Shown piece after piece: positions 1 to 13,530 of a DNA stretch of 64,000 nt. The position numbers and the translations under genes were made by a program. The stretch spans positions 31,248,001 through 31,312,000 of the forward strand of contig NC_087246.1 in the NCBI RefSeq assembly GCF_037042905.1, written 5' to 3'. The first letter of the stretch is position 1. Each line of letters begins with the position of its first letter. The notes below the pieces were generated by a model. The model had not been told where the DNA came from and ran no database searches. It worked only from the letters and a program-made list of their open reading frames with translations. Source of the DNA: Lytechinus pictus. Taxonomy: Eukaryota.

Positions 1-246
1 TCACTGAGCAATGTCTATTAGAATCATTTTGCACATAATCTATTATATATATGAAAATGAGAAACTGGTAATTTGTCAAATTCTGAAAGAACTTGATTTC
101 ACGTTTAACAAGGATTTTTGTTTTACTGACAAAATACAACCAAAGTCTCCAAAACTCATTATTTCTCAAAAAATTCTCAACCATACAAAGGAAAAAAATG
201 CTTACAAGAAGGGAGAAAAGAAGTGCTAAAATCCATTACTATTTAC

Positions 247-3200
247 CTTTGTTTTTGGATAATGAAAGAGCAATCTCGTCATTGTTGTTTAGAACTCTCT
301 TCTTCCCTTTACCTTGAAAAGTGTGGAATAGGAAAGGGTTGAATAAAGTTAATTGATTGTCTGCTTAATTTGTGCGTTTTTATAGTAGGCCTACATGTAC
401 AACAAACGACATCATGACGAGGCCTAATTTTCATTGCTGTCAACAACTTTTTCATCAATAACCCCTGCATTAACTGAGAAATAAAGTTTCTTGCCTGTAT
501 TCTGAAGTCATGGTTTACCTATGTGCTAAAATTATGGGGAGCCAGAAATTCAAAAATTCTGCTTATAATGTATATTTCTTATATTTACTATTTTGTTTCC
601 CTTAGCTTTCATAATGAAGAAAATATTTCAGTTATCATTCTGAGACAGTTATAAATGATTTTAATGTCATAATCTGAGTTAATAAATTAAACAGGTACTA
701 ACAGAGATTTGTGCCCAATTGGCTCTTCATTGTTAAACCACAACTTTGTACCAGGGTTTAATTTAAAGCCGAGTTCAGAATACGGGCCATTGTGTGTATG
801 ACTACATGTACATGTACCATCCGATTTAATAGTAGTTTTGAATGGAAAGAGGCATGAAAACAGCCCTCATCCAAAAAAAATATTATTTTTCCCCCGAAAT
901 GGTATTTCAAGTTATTCTCAAGGGCAGTAAGTGAAAAAAATTTGGCATATGTATTAATAGAGGAACAGACAAATACTCTCAGTAAGAACTAGAAAGCTTT
1001 TAAAGAGAAATCCCAGTAGTTGCAGTAAACACTGATTTCATGAGAAAGTCTGTAAAACAAGGCTTAATTGTCAGTATATCATCGAGGATCTAGATCTGGT
1101 ACAGTTACATAAACTGAACTTTGTGAAATCATGAAATCTACGCTGAAAAATGTTCAGGCTGAAGATCCCCAACACAGATAAGCACACGTGGGACAGTGTA
1201 TAATTATTGCTTCGAATGTCGGGCCCGACGCTCTACCCGAATCCTGTGCTTATTTGCTGATTTCTCAGCAATTACACAATTTCTTCCAGAATCCTTTGGC
1301 ACATATGTTTTATTTATACAAACAGACACTTTGGTGGTCATTTCATTGGATTCTGTACGAACCCATTTTGATATCGTTACCAAAACTAGCATTTACCTTT
1401 AAGTTCCCCTAAAAAGTATATTCATGGACAGTAAGTGGGAGTATTCTCAACAATGAAAGAGAACAGGAAAGTTTTGAAAACTGTAACCTCCAAACAGAAT
1501 TTTGAAGAAATCCCCCAAACAATTAATGAGGTATTTTAAGGGCAGTACATGGAGGTGATAGATTTATGTTGATATTACAGAACAGGAGAAAAACCTCTGT
1601 ACAGGTTTTTATACCTATGATAAATAGGGTAATATGTACATGTATTTCAGAGGATTGAACACAGACATTCAAGCTTCTTGTGAAATATCATGAGAAAAAA
1701 AATTGCACTGACTTGAAGATAAAGGGGGAAGGGAAATACAAGAGGGAAAAGAATACAAAATATACATGAGATTCTGATTTCACCATTGATCCCTAAACTT
1801 TGATAATAAGTCATTGTTTTTGTTATTTCAATGTTGTTATTTTCCCTATAAAGAGATCTACATCAAAGACCTTACTTTAGCTTCTTACCAATCTTTTCTC
1901 CATTCACAAAGGTGCCATTTGAGCTCCTATCTTCAATAAAGTAGAAACTGCAATTATCGTTTGATTCCTGGAAAACACAAGAAGAATTATTAATGCAACT
2001 TTTGATATCAGGACTGCCATAATGAAAATGTTTTGTTTTACAATTTTAAACTGAAACTTTTTTTTTTCAAATGAACTTTTAACATCCTGTGTGATGGTAT
2101 CTGAATGACTGAATCTATAATAACAATTGATAGTCAGTTTATTTCATGTTGAATGAAAATACCTTCTAAAAACATTGTGGACATTTAGCTGAGAAGAAAT
2201 ATTTTCATAAATTAATTATGTGTTACTTAGTCCATACTAAAATGGAAGAGCACCATGACATTGAGCATTTACAAGTTTAGTTGATAAATCCCATTCCCAT
2301 GACATTACCCAATCATAACAATGAAGAATGATTTTTTTTAGGTATAAGCCTACTGCCTACATCTTGTAACTCCAGTAGATGACAGGCATTGAGGGTGGTC
2401 ACCTACATTGTATTTCCTCACCTTAAATATCCTGAAATGTGTTTTGCTAAGTGTCTGGTAGCAGGGATTTCTGCTTATCTCGGGGCTGTTGTAACAGATG
2501 TCACAAGAAGGATCCCTTCCAAAGAGGTATTCTTCCTTTGGATCTAAGAAATCTACAATTTTCATTTAAAAAAGAGAGAATAAAATGAACAAAATGAAAT
2601 ATGGTTGCAGTCTTGCAGATTCAATTTATTGTCCTTTTACTGTACCATGGCCTGGATATTCAGTAAATATTATGTACAAAAGATGAAGGCGCGTTTGATG
2701 CTGATAGAAATGATAGCAACTCAACACCTATCACCAATAAATAATAATACACCTCCACCTACAACTCATAAAACTTTTCTTAATCACATCTGTTGTGGAT
2801 AGCTTAATTACCACTTGAGAGTCATACAGATCATACTATAAAATAGAACTTAAATATGGGGAAGTTCACCCTGGTGAGTTTTTTTTTCAATAAGCAGATA
2901 AATATTAGTAAACATGCGACTAAAATCCACAAAGAATAAGAGTTGTGACTTTTTTTTTTGGGGGGGGGGAGGCCATGATGTGGCCAATACAAATTCAATA
3001 AATTGCAATTTTCAAGGATTCATGCCTACTGAAAAAAAATATTGAAATTTGTCTAATATACTATAATACTGAATATTCAGTTATAACTATTCTGGTTTCT
3101 AATTATTCTATTTATTCTATGAAAGTCTAATCATATCAGAATCATTTGTTGATCATCAACAAAGCGTTTAAAAAGGATTGAAAACCTTGCTTCTTAAAAA

Positions 3201-4316
3201 AAGCTTCAACTGAAAATACTATTGAATTTCAAATGTTCATTAGCCATTACTTAGAATAAGTAAAAATTGATGTTTTCGATTTGTCCATCAGCACCTAGCA
3301 CAGTAGATGCATGTGTGAACAATTTGTTAGAGTTAAGCCAACTGTTTCAAATCGAGTTTGGATCAGATCATTCAGATGTGTACAACACAGCGAAAAGCTG
3401 AGCCTGAGGTGACTCGGCTCTGCCTATTTCATTCATTTTTCAACAAATATAAAAATCTTTAAAGTATTTAAACTACCACTTCAGGGTGCTACATAACTTT
3501 TTAGAAGCACTTTCCCAGTCGGGCAAGTAAATTTTTAAATAGTTGGAATATACTTGCCCAAAAATGTATTTCACTTGCCCCAAAAAATCCTTGAAAAAAA
3601 GTTTTACCTCTTCAAATGAAAGCATTGTGGATTTATAAACCATTGAACTTCTAACTGATGTAGACCTTTCCAAAGTGATTTTATCTTACCTGCTACATGT
3701 GACCAAAATTAGGGTCGATATCATATAAAAAATGTGGACCCTAATTTTCCACTGTGAGAAATTGGCTTTCCCAGTTTGGGCAAGTAGTTTTGGTCTTAAC
3801 TTCAAAACACTTGCCCGACTCTAACTTTTACTTGCCCCGGGCAATAGGGCAAGTACAGATTTTTGCTGACACTGTTTGTAAGTGTTTAGAACTTAGTTTA
3901 GTGACTGATCTCTTGATTTTATAGCCTAACTTACGATGAAAGTATGGTATTGTATTTGTAGGGGCTAGTGACAATGACCTGCACAACTAGTATTAAATTA
4001 TTACTAGTACTACATGTATATTGCCTTTATTCATTGGCAATACAAGTAAATTCTAATATTTAGGATTAGAGGGTTTATATTAGTATTAGAACTAGAAGTC
4101 AGACCTACCAACACTCTTAAAACATTTTCCAATAGGATACAGACGACCCCAAACAACCACCTTCTCCTCCACAAAATCAAAATCTCCTTCAGCAACCTCC
4201 TGCGTTGGAATAGTCTCCATACTCGACAAAGTTCCCCCGGATGACAGACTTGCACTCGCACTGCTCGATGTGGTGTTGGGCTCTACGGAACTCGAGCTCG
4301 AGCCGTTCAAGCTCAT
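247..4316 (-). CDS. CHEK2: Checkpoint kinase 2, 5' part (SQ/TQ region and FHA domain); gene continues beyond window start
   Basis: Exons 4316-4109, 2552-2422, 1967-1889 and 312-247 join in phase with GT-AG sites: MSLNG...SSGGTLSSMETIPTQEVAE...VWGRLYP...EYLFGRDPSCD...[59 protein letters not shown]. Matches the Chk2 T68 motif (human SSGTLSSLETVSTQEL) and FHA signature (GR..S.H..SxNGTFVN). Confidence 0.95.
1004..1398. mobile_element. TTAA-flanked non-autonomous DNA transposon (Kolobok-like), family A
   Basis: TTAA|AG...CCT|TTAA ends with imperfect TIRs; diverged second copy at 21314-21702. Confidence 0.65.
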
Positions 4317-4919
4317 GTCGCACACACATGCAGTAGTAAACACGGGAACGCCGGGCCGAGTGCGCTACGTAAGTGCTCAGCGGAAACTCGAGGCTAACCT
4401 CCGCCACTCTGACCCGGCAGATGTACCGTGACGTAGGTATCCAATCCGGCGGCACGAAATACTGCGGCGCGAGATTCAGGAACACTGCCACTGGACTATT
4501 TCCTTGTTGAGTCCATCTTTGAATTAGCTCATTGGGTAAGAAGATGACATCAACAATCCAATAGTTTCTGCAAATTCAATGAACTTCAAAACAACTTCTT
4601 TCGTTTGATTTTGAATTCTGCAAGCAAAATCCAAGTAATTGTCAGTTCTTTGGGGTAAAAATCCAAAACACACCGTATCGCAGGCCTAGTTCTAATCAGC
4701 TGACAAACCACGTGGCGATCGCGCGTTTGCGGTCAACGACCTTAGGGTATATGTATCCGGATGATATGCGGATCCAGGATTTCGATCAGCTAGGGGATTC
4801 CCAATTATTGATCATGATCATTGACCCCGGGGGCCTCATTGACAGGCGGTACGTCCAGAGAAAAGATAAAAGTCATGGCATTTCCCAGAATATCGATTCG
4901 ATTTTGTCATATCTCTGAG

Positions 4920-5187
4920 CAGACGCAGATCCAGGGGCACGTGCCCCCTATGCCCACCCCCCCCCCCTTTTTGAGAAGCAAAATTAGAATTTGTAATGTA
5001 AAAATGCCCCCTCTTTTGAAATAGAAGACCTTTTTTTTTTTTTTGCTTGTCAAAATTTTTCGGGTTCTAAACATCCTTAATTTGTGGTTGAAAACCTTTA
5101 TTTTTTTTTTGGGGGGGGGGGGCTTGTCAAAATTTTCCTTCGAAAAATTTGCCCCCCCCCCTTTGGAAAATCCTGGATCCGCCCCTG
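4920..5187. mobile_element. hAT-like MITE
   Basis: Termini CAGACGCAGATCCAGG / CCTGGATCCGCCCCTG; imperfect 8-bp TSD TCTCTGAG/TCTCTGGA. Confidence 0.6.
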
Positions 5188-7681
5188 TCTCTGGATGTTA
5201 GAAAAATAAAGGAGCTAAGACAGTGTTCAGAAATATACTGCTTCCCTAAGATTTCAGAAAGGTGGCCCAGGGGCAAGAGAGTTTACGAACTTCGGGGCGC
5301 GGCTGCGGGAGACGTTTCCACCCACATTTTTGGTCTGACAACTTTATTTCATTCTGATTGGCGGAGAAGCACATGCAGTTCCTTTCTGTAGGAAAGCATA
5401 GGCCTACTTTGTCGTATTCCGATGGTCATTTCATAAACGACAACCCCCCCCCCCCCCCCCCCTCTGCTGTAGCTTTCACCTACAACAAAGACATTGGGAA
5501 ACATTTTGTATATACAAAAATATATTTAACCTCTGCCTTTTCCTTTTTAATAATATTTTTGTACATTTTTTAACCTCTACGGCCCTGCAATTTTTATCTC
5601 TGCCCCAGTCCCCCCCCCCCGTGTTCCCTCTGCTGTACGGATCCACATGCATGCGTCATGAAACCTAACACTAAAACCATGAAGGATATGGAAAAACATG
5701 TATAATAAGGCCTTCATGGTAGCCTACACTTATATGCCTATATGTAAAGGTCTATGAGTGTAGGTTCTCAGGGACTTTTTTTTAGAAGGGGCGTTGGGGT
5801 GTTGGGGGTCAATGGCATATGAGCCAAACAAATTTGAGGGTCCATAAATGGCATGTGGAGCAAAATAAATTTCTAAAAAAGCAGCAAGTGAGCAAAATTT
5901 TAGAACTTTTTTACACAAATATCTAATTTTGTGATGGATTTCGACATAATGCTAAAAAATATTATTATATTCCACCCCCTTTCCTTTTTTTTTTCTTGGC
6001 TGTGAAACTTGTGGGGGAGGTTCCATGGTCCCTTAAGCCCCCCCTCCTTACATCAGTTGGGTAGGGTAGTCCTTGAGACTGAAGTCTTATAAGTACAAGC
6101 TATATCTTTATTTTCACAAGAAGAATAGGTAATTCATAAGAACTATTTAATCAGTAATACGAGCGTGAAGCACGAGATGAAATTTTTAATAATAATAATA
6201 TTAGGCATTTATATACGCCATCAATCTAGAAATAATCTATTCCGAGCCGCATTGTTTAATATTATTATTACCCCCACTTTATTTTAGCTCGAGCTGCCTT
6301 TCAGCGCTAATTGCATTCAAGAAATTAATCCTATATACCGGATACCCATTCACCTCACCTGGGTTGAGTGCAGCACAATGGGGAAAATTGTTTTGGAAAA
6401 ATAGAAAACTAAACAAATTTTGATGGAAAATAAGAAAGAAAAACTGATGGTTATCATGCATTTTCATATCACTACCATCATGGGCGGAAATCCCAGAGGA
6501 GACAGGGGAAGCCCCCACCCCCCCCCCCCACTTTATGATATGTTTTATGCCGGAAAAATACTTCATTCAAAAACGAAATAATACATGTATCCTTGAATCT
6601 TTAATATAATATCATTTTCTGAATATTATGTCAAAATCTATAACAAAATTAGATTTTTGTTATAAAACTATTGAAATTTTTGCTCGCTCGCCTAGCTCTC
6701 TTGCAACTTTTATAAATTTTACCCAATATGTGCCATATCTAGCCCCCAAAAAGCACTCCTCTTGAAAAAAAACATATTATGATCATCGATCATCTTCAAC
6801 TTCCTCCTTATCATCATAATCATACTTGCCATATAATCAGTATGATATTATTCTGTAAATTATCGCGGGATAATACAGACCACCCCTTTTATTATATACA
6901 TATTTTTATTTGATAGCATTTATTCCATTCATCATAAAAACCAGAACAAAACAAGGTACATGCAAAGTTAACATATATTACAATTTATGTCAATGAAATA
7001 ATTCAATGATACAAATCTGGAAAACATTTGAAAAAAAGAGTATATATAAATGAATGGGGAGGCAACTAGAAAGGCAAAGCCTTATTAGTGCTGCCACCTT
7101 TACAAAACTGGAAACTGAATATGTAATGTAATAAAAATGTTAATACTGAATACCAGATATAAACATTGAGCATAAAAAGGGGGAAATACAAATTTTGACA
7201 CAATGACAAAATATATAGACATAGATGTATATCAACAATAATTACTATAAAAACGAAAGAAGAAAAAACACCTGAATATACGTTATTAGAATATTTGCTT
7301 AGAAGTTGGGTTTTATATCTCCTTTTAAAAACATTAAATGATGGACTAGGTTTAACAGAAAATTGTAATTATTCCAGATAATTGGTTCTTTGCTAAAGAA
7401 GTGCTTTTTTTAGTTAGGTGGAAGTCTGAAGATCCTTGCGTATTATAATAATGAACATCTATGACCCAGTAGCCACTGATCTGTATCTAGTCTATATAGT
7501 GTAAAGATTAGTGGATCAAACTGGAATTCTATGTAAAACTGAGGCAAATTTTCATGTCGGTCATAACTGAAAGATACCATACCGAAAACTTGAATAACAA
7601 TGCACAAAAGAAAATGATTGGGACTACATAACAAGCTCGCTGTAGCCTTCCGAAGACGCGACCGAAAGACCGAAGAAGACA

Positions 7682-10600
7682 ATGGAAGTGTAAGTATTTG
7701 TTAGGGAATATGATAACAAACATCTCATTTTGTTATGCTGTATGCACGAAAGGTGATTTTTATTCTACTTATTTAGTCAAATTTATTTGGCGTGTTTGGA
7801 AAAGCAGAGTCGGACGTCGGTGACGTGCATGTGTGACTGTGGCCATGGTGCCGTGGTTGTGTCTGTGAGTGAGTGTGAGTGAGTGAGTCTCACTTGCACT
7901 TGTCTTACCCCTTTCATAAACCCAATCATGCGGCTAATAGCAGCATAATTTGGTTGTAAAATCGGAGGAGGACCAGAGTTATCCGCTTCATTTTGATGCT
8001 GCAATTATCCGCATAATAGCGGCATCGGGACCAGATTTTGACTTTATGAACGCATGTCCAAAGTACAATTACATGACATACCGTTGGCGTTATAGATTAT
8101 ACGGATAATTGCCATGCCCATGGCATGATGGTGCGGTCACAACTCACAAGGTCACCCTTTTCCAACACAACTGCATCGGAGGGGGTGTGTGCGGTTGCCA
8201 TGACGATTATCCCCCTTTTTCAGGACGGGCGCTCGTAAAAATAGTGCGGATTATTTTCGGAGTTTGTGAACGCAATTTTTATTGAATTATCCGCATTACT
8301 CTTAGCCTTAGGCTTAGGCGGCTAATTAGAGGATGGGTTTATGAATATGAAAGGGGTATCAGACTCAGATCAGTGAGTCTGACTGATGTGACGTTAACCC
8401 GGTCCCGGGGAGCTACGGCCCGCTTCACGGGCCGGAGCCCTGGGGGCCGTTTCATCAAGCTGTTCGGAAGTTAAGAGCGACTTTAAGAATGACTGGTGAA
8501 CCTTTCTTACGCGCTTAACCATCACCAATGAATATACCATTTTCCACAAGAAAGGATCACCAGTCGTTCTTTTAAAGTCGCTCTTATTGTCTTAACTTAA
8601 CTTATGAACAGCTTTATGGAACACAGTGACACACCCGGACTCGTCCATGTAATTAGCCAGGAGGCTCTAAGTCCTAGAGGAGTAGAGAGCTAAAATCATT
8701 TACTAACGTATGCTTACTCTCCAAGGAGCCAGGGATTCCATCCCATTCATCTGCGTGTACCGCCAAAAAACCTGAAACTTTCGCCCCCGAGATTTCTACT
8801 TTCCTTCCAAGCATGGGTACTCTCCAAAATAGGGTAGAATTAGCCTGGAGGCTTCTGGAGAGTAAAAGTCATCTACTATACGTAGGCTTACTCTCCATGA
8901 AGCCTTGGTCGGGATACCATTGCTCTACACATACCGTAGGTGTTCCCACGGTGAAATTAGACCTAAATCACACATTTTATTAGGGTTTTGAGCCCAAACT
9001 AACGTAAATGGGCCAAAACAATATTTACCCCTGAATATGATAACGTTGCGTCTATTTATTCAGTAAATAGTAGTAAATTAGAGAAATTATTAAGAGTACG
9101 AGCGTTTACTTACCCAGTCTGTTATTTTCGCCGTCTTTGTTATCGATACCTAGATACAAGACGCGTGTATAGAGGGCGACAATATCATGAGCAGTGCCAA
9201 TTTAGATTTTAAAAAAATACTTGCATCGGCCGATAAATATCATGAATCGTTAAATACTTGCATTGGCCGATAAATATCATAAATCTTTTATGATATTTAT
9301 CGGCCGATGCAAGTAAAAATAAAAATATATGTACATGTAGAATGAAGTTTTTGCTTCCTTGTATTTTAAAATGAAGGGTTCATTTTTCTTTTATTTACAG
9401 GATCAAAGAAAGTGCTGCTATGTTGAGCAACTTTGAGGTGAGTAATTTTAAGTTACCCTCAAGCTATGGTGTTGACTTTTGGTTTTGATAGCATAGTAAG
9501 AATGCTGTCACCAGTTGTGGTGGGGTGTAAAAATAAATCGGTCTGTATAAAGTAATATTTACACTGAAAATTGAGAAATACATGCTCAAACACACATTTT
9601 GAAAGAAGAATGATTATGTACTATGATTATTTTGATTAGAGTCACCAGAGAATTACATGGAAAAGGCACCTTTTTTATGCCAGAATATTTAGTCATGAAA
9701 GAGTGTATAAAATAAAGTGTCTGATGCTATATCAAATGCACAGATAAAATTGTTTTCAATTTTCTGACAAATTAGAATAATTTAGATTTTATTACTGTTG
9801 CTGGGGAGCTACTTGCATGTGATGTCACAAAATTAAACTTTAACCGATCTGTATTCTTATTCCTGAATGGATTTTTCCAAACCTTCATTAATACATTTCC
9901 CTAATTTTCTGCTTCTATCCAAATCAAATTGATATCAGGGTTAACTTTCCTTTAAATTTACCATTTCAAAGACAGAATACAGAATGTGATGCCCTTTGAC
10001 CCCTATGCCTTGAACCAGAGTTTCCAACTATTAAGAAAAGTCATATTTTTTATGATTTTCATGTCAAATTACGCCATTACACTTTTGGCCTTAATTATTA
10101 CGCTTCTGAGTTATAGTAGGTATGTACACATTTAATACACGCATAATAATACATCGTGCAGTGGTGATATTTACTTACCTGACTAGGCAAGCTAGTGCTT
10201 TACAAAAGTTATGTTGCACCCTAGATTAATATTCCTGACAACCGTCCTGTTGGGTTGGAAAAACATTGCATTTATGCACATTGTGCATCTGTTCTATATA
10301 CCTCTAAGAAATTTATCATACTGTGTGGCACATATGAAATTATGACTTATCTCACAGTTATGTCTTTTGAGCTGCTGGAGTACTACTTGCAGCTCTGTTG
10401 AACTTTCCATCTTTCTTTGATCTTTCAGGTCCATGCTCTGCTTAAAGAATTACAATCGGGAAGCTCTCAGAGAGGGAAGAAGAGCATCAGTAAAAAGCAG
10501 CAGAACCTTGCCACAATATCCTATGAGGTATGTTATGTAACTATTCTAAAATCAGCCTGTTTGAGACTTATCCCAAGTACATGTAATCTTGGGATGTAGT

Positions 10601-13492
10601 CTATTGAGAATTTTCATTGCAGCAAGTGCATCTCTGATTCTAAATAGAAGAAAATTGAAGACAGCATTGCAAATAAAATAAGTTCCTCTGTGTTCCCCAT
10701 TTTCATACCAAAAAAAAAAAATCCAAAGAATTTAATTAGTATAATTTGATCTTATTGAGCACATATTCGAGGCTGAATAAATTGATTGGATGTTGATTAC
10801 TTTCTTTATATATTATTCGCATATGAGCAAAGTGAATGATAAAAAAAGAGCAGTAAGATCCGTTGGAAGAAAAAGTTTACATTCCTTTATCTTGATTGAT
10901 AGAAAATTATAGCTCACCAGGAGATTCTATTCTCTTAATTACAAAAATTACTAATAATAAACAAATTAAATAATTTTTCATCCAATTGAATGTTGCATTT
11001 AGATGAATTGTTTAATGCATGATTGATTTTAAGCATATATCCATGGTAGTTAGCCCCCCCCCCCAAAAAGAGAGAAAAATGTTTATTCAAGTTTTTAATG
11101 ATTTTTTTTTAAATTATTTGTTTCCTCAATAGATGTGTTGGTGATTGTTTGCATGATGCACTTATTTGGCAATTAAGCTACTGGAATGTAGTCAGTGTAG
11201 CTCAGGCAGGGACAAGTGGGCACAGTGCCCCCCCCCCCCCCCACCTGACACTATTGACACTATATGAAACTGAAAAACCAATATTTTAAAATATATATAT
11301 ATATGACAAGTTTTTCAAGATATTCCAATGCCAGAATGTCATATTTCATATGTGTGATTGAGGAGAAATCCATGCCATGTTTCATGAGACCTATTGCCGT
11401 TACAAAAATTATAAATTTCCCTGAGGAAATTGACCGCAACCAATCATATTGCATAATATCAGTAGCTTATAACAATGCTATGTTCTTTTGTGCAGACAAT
11501 CAAGTACCTTGAGAAGACTCCCTGCGGGCTTCAAACTCCCGAGGTAGTGGAGAAATTCCTGCGAGCTCTCACTCCATTCAGCCTTACCAAGTAAGTAGAA
11601 GAATTGACTAATCAAGGGGCGGCTGAAAATATTTATATCTTAATAAATAGAGTAAAATTCACAGAGCAAAATGCTGAAAATTCCATCAAACTCGGATAAC
11701 AAATAAAGTTATTGAACTTTAAATTTTATCAATATTTTGTGAAAACAGTTATATGCACATCGTCATGAATATTCATTAGGTGGGCTGATGATGTCACATC
11801 CCGACTTTCCTTTTTCTTATGTTATTGCATGAAATCATAAATGTTTCATTTTTTCATACATGTGTAAATGATGTGTCTCTATTATGATGAAATAAGTTGC
11901 GGCAATAAATAACTACCGGTAATGCACTTAATTTAAATTTTTTATTTTTATTAAGTTGTCAATTTCAATTCTTGGTGGAAAAATTTAGAATAAACCTTAT
12001 TTCATATAATAAATTTAAAAAGAACAAGTGGGGATATGATATCATCAGCCCACCTAATGAATATTCATTAAAACATGTCTAGAACTGTTTCACCGTAATA
12101 ATGCAAATCTTTAAAATTAAATTACTTCGTTATTTGTTATCCGATTTTGATCAAAATTTTAAGCATTTTGCTTTGTGAATTTTACTCTATTTATTGAGAT
12201 ATAAATATCTCCAGCCTGCACCATCCCTTTAAGGGCGATTGTGATCTGACCATTTGGATAATGCATCATATACCACATGTAACAGATTTTAGGTGTTTTT
12301 TTTTTTCTGTCACTTATCTTTGTAAACACCGTCTTGGTCCCTTTGACATCATCACCTGCAATCGATTGCAAATAGAGGATTCTGATTGGTTGATAGTGGG
12401 TATGATGAAGGATCTATGCATGCAACAGTGGTTGTGATCAGTCAGCCTCTGTTTTATTGGGCACTGCTAAGAAGTAATCCATTTTTATTATTTACTTTTT
12501 ATGTGGATTTTTTTTAATTAGATATTTTGTGATTTGGCCTAACTGATTGTTCATTGATTGATTGTTGAAAAATTTGTATTGATTTCAGCCAGTTGCCTAC
12601 TTAGGCAAATTCCTTCAGGAATGATTGAGTTTGGTTGTGAGTTATGTAGTCAGCAGGCTTAAAGGACAAGTCAACCCCAACATAAAGTTGATTTCAATAA
12701 AAGGAGAAAAATCCAACAAGCATAACGCTGAAAATGTCTTCAAATTCGGATGTAAAATAAGAAAGCTATGACATTTTAAAGTTTCGCTTATTTTCACAAA
12801 ACAGTTATATACAGATCCTGGTCAGTATGCAAATGAGGAGACTGATGACGTCATCCACTCACTATTTCTTTTGTATTTTATAATATGAAATATTCTAATT
12901 TTCTCATTGTCAAGTGAAACAAAGATTAAATCCTCCCTGAATGTGTGGAGTTAGCATTGTTTTGATACTATATGGTTCAGTCAAGTTGGTCCTTAATGTC
13001 AAATCTGTAAAAAATGAAATATTGTATAATTCAAACAATAAAAAACAAAAGAAATAGTGAGTGAGGGACATCATCCACTATCTCATTTGCATATCACTGA
13101 GTTGTGCATATCACTGTTTTGTGAAAAATAAGTGAAACTTTAAAATGTCATAACTTTCTTATTTGACATCCGATTTCGATGAAATTTTCAGCGTTATGCT
13201 AGTTTGATTTTTCTCTATTTATTAAAATCAACATTTTTCTGGGGTGGACTTGACCTTTATGTAAAAACTGACAAGATGTGTGTATGTAATCATCCCAGAT
13301 TTCACACATCCCAATTATTTTATAGTGATTGCATCACAGAAAGGTACAAGCAAAGATTATATCCTGACATAACCTGTTCCATGCTTGAGAATTCATAAAC
13401 ATTTTGGTTGGTATCCTCCAGACCATTTATCATAAAAATGAATTTTTTTAAATGATTGCAAAATGAAGCCACCATAACATTTTTTTTACATC

Positions 13493-13530
<38 letters not shown>

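Noticed and set aside
9217-9315. Short hairpins (also 62896-62944) as ncRNA genes
   Set aside because: No recognisable RNA family motifs; most likely tiny MITE remnants.
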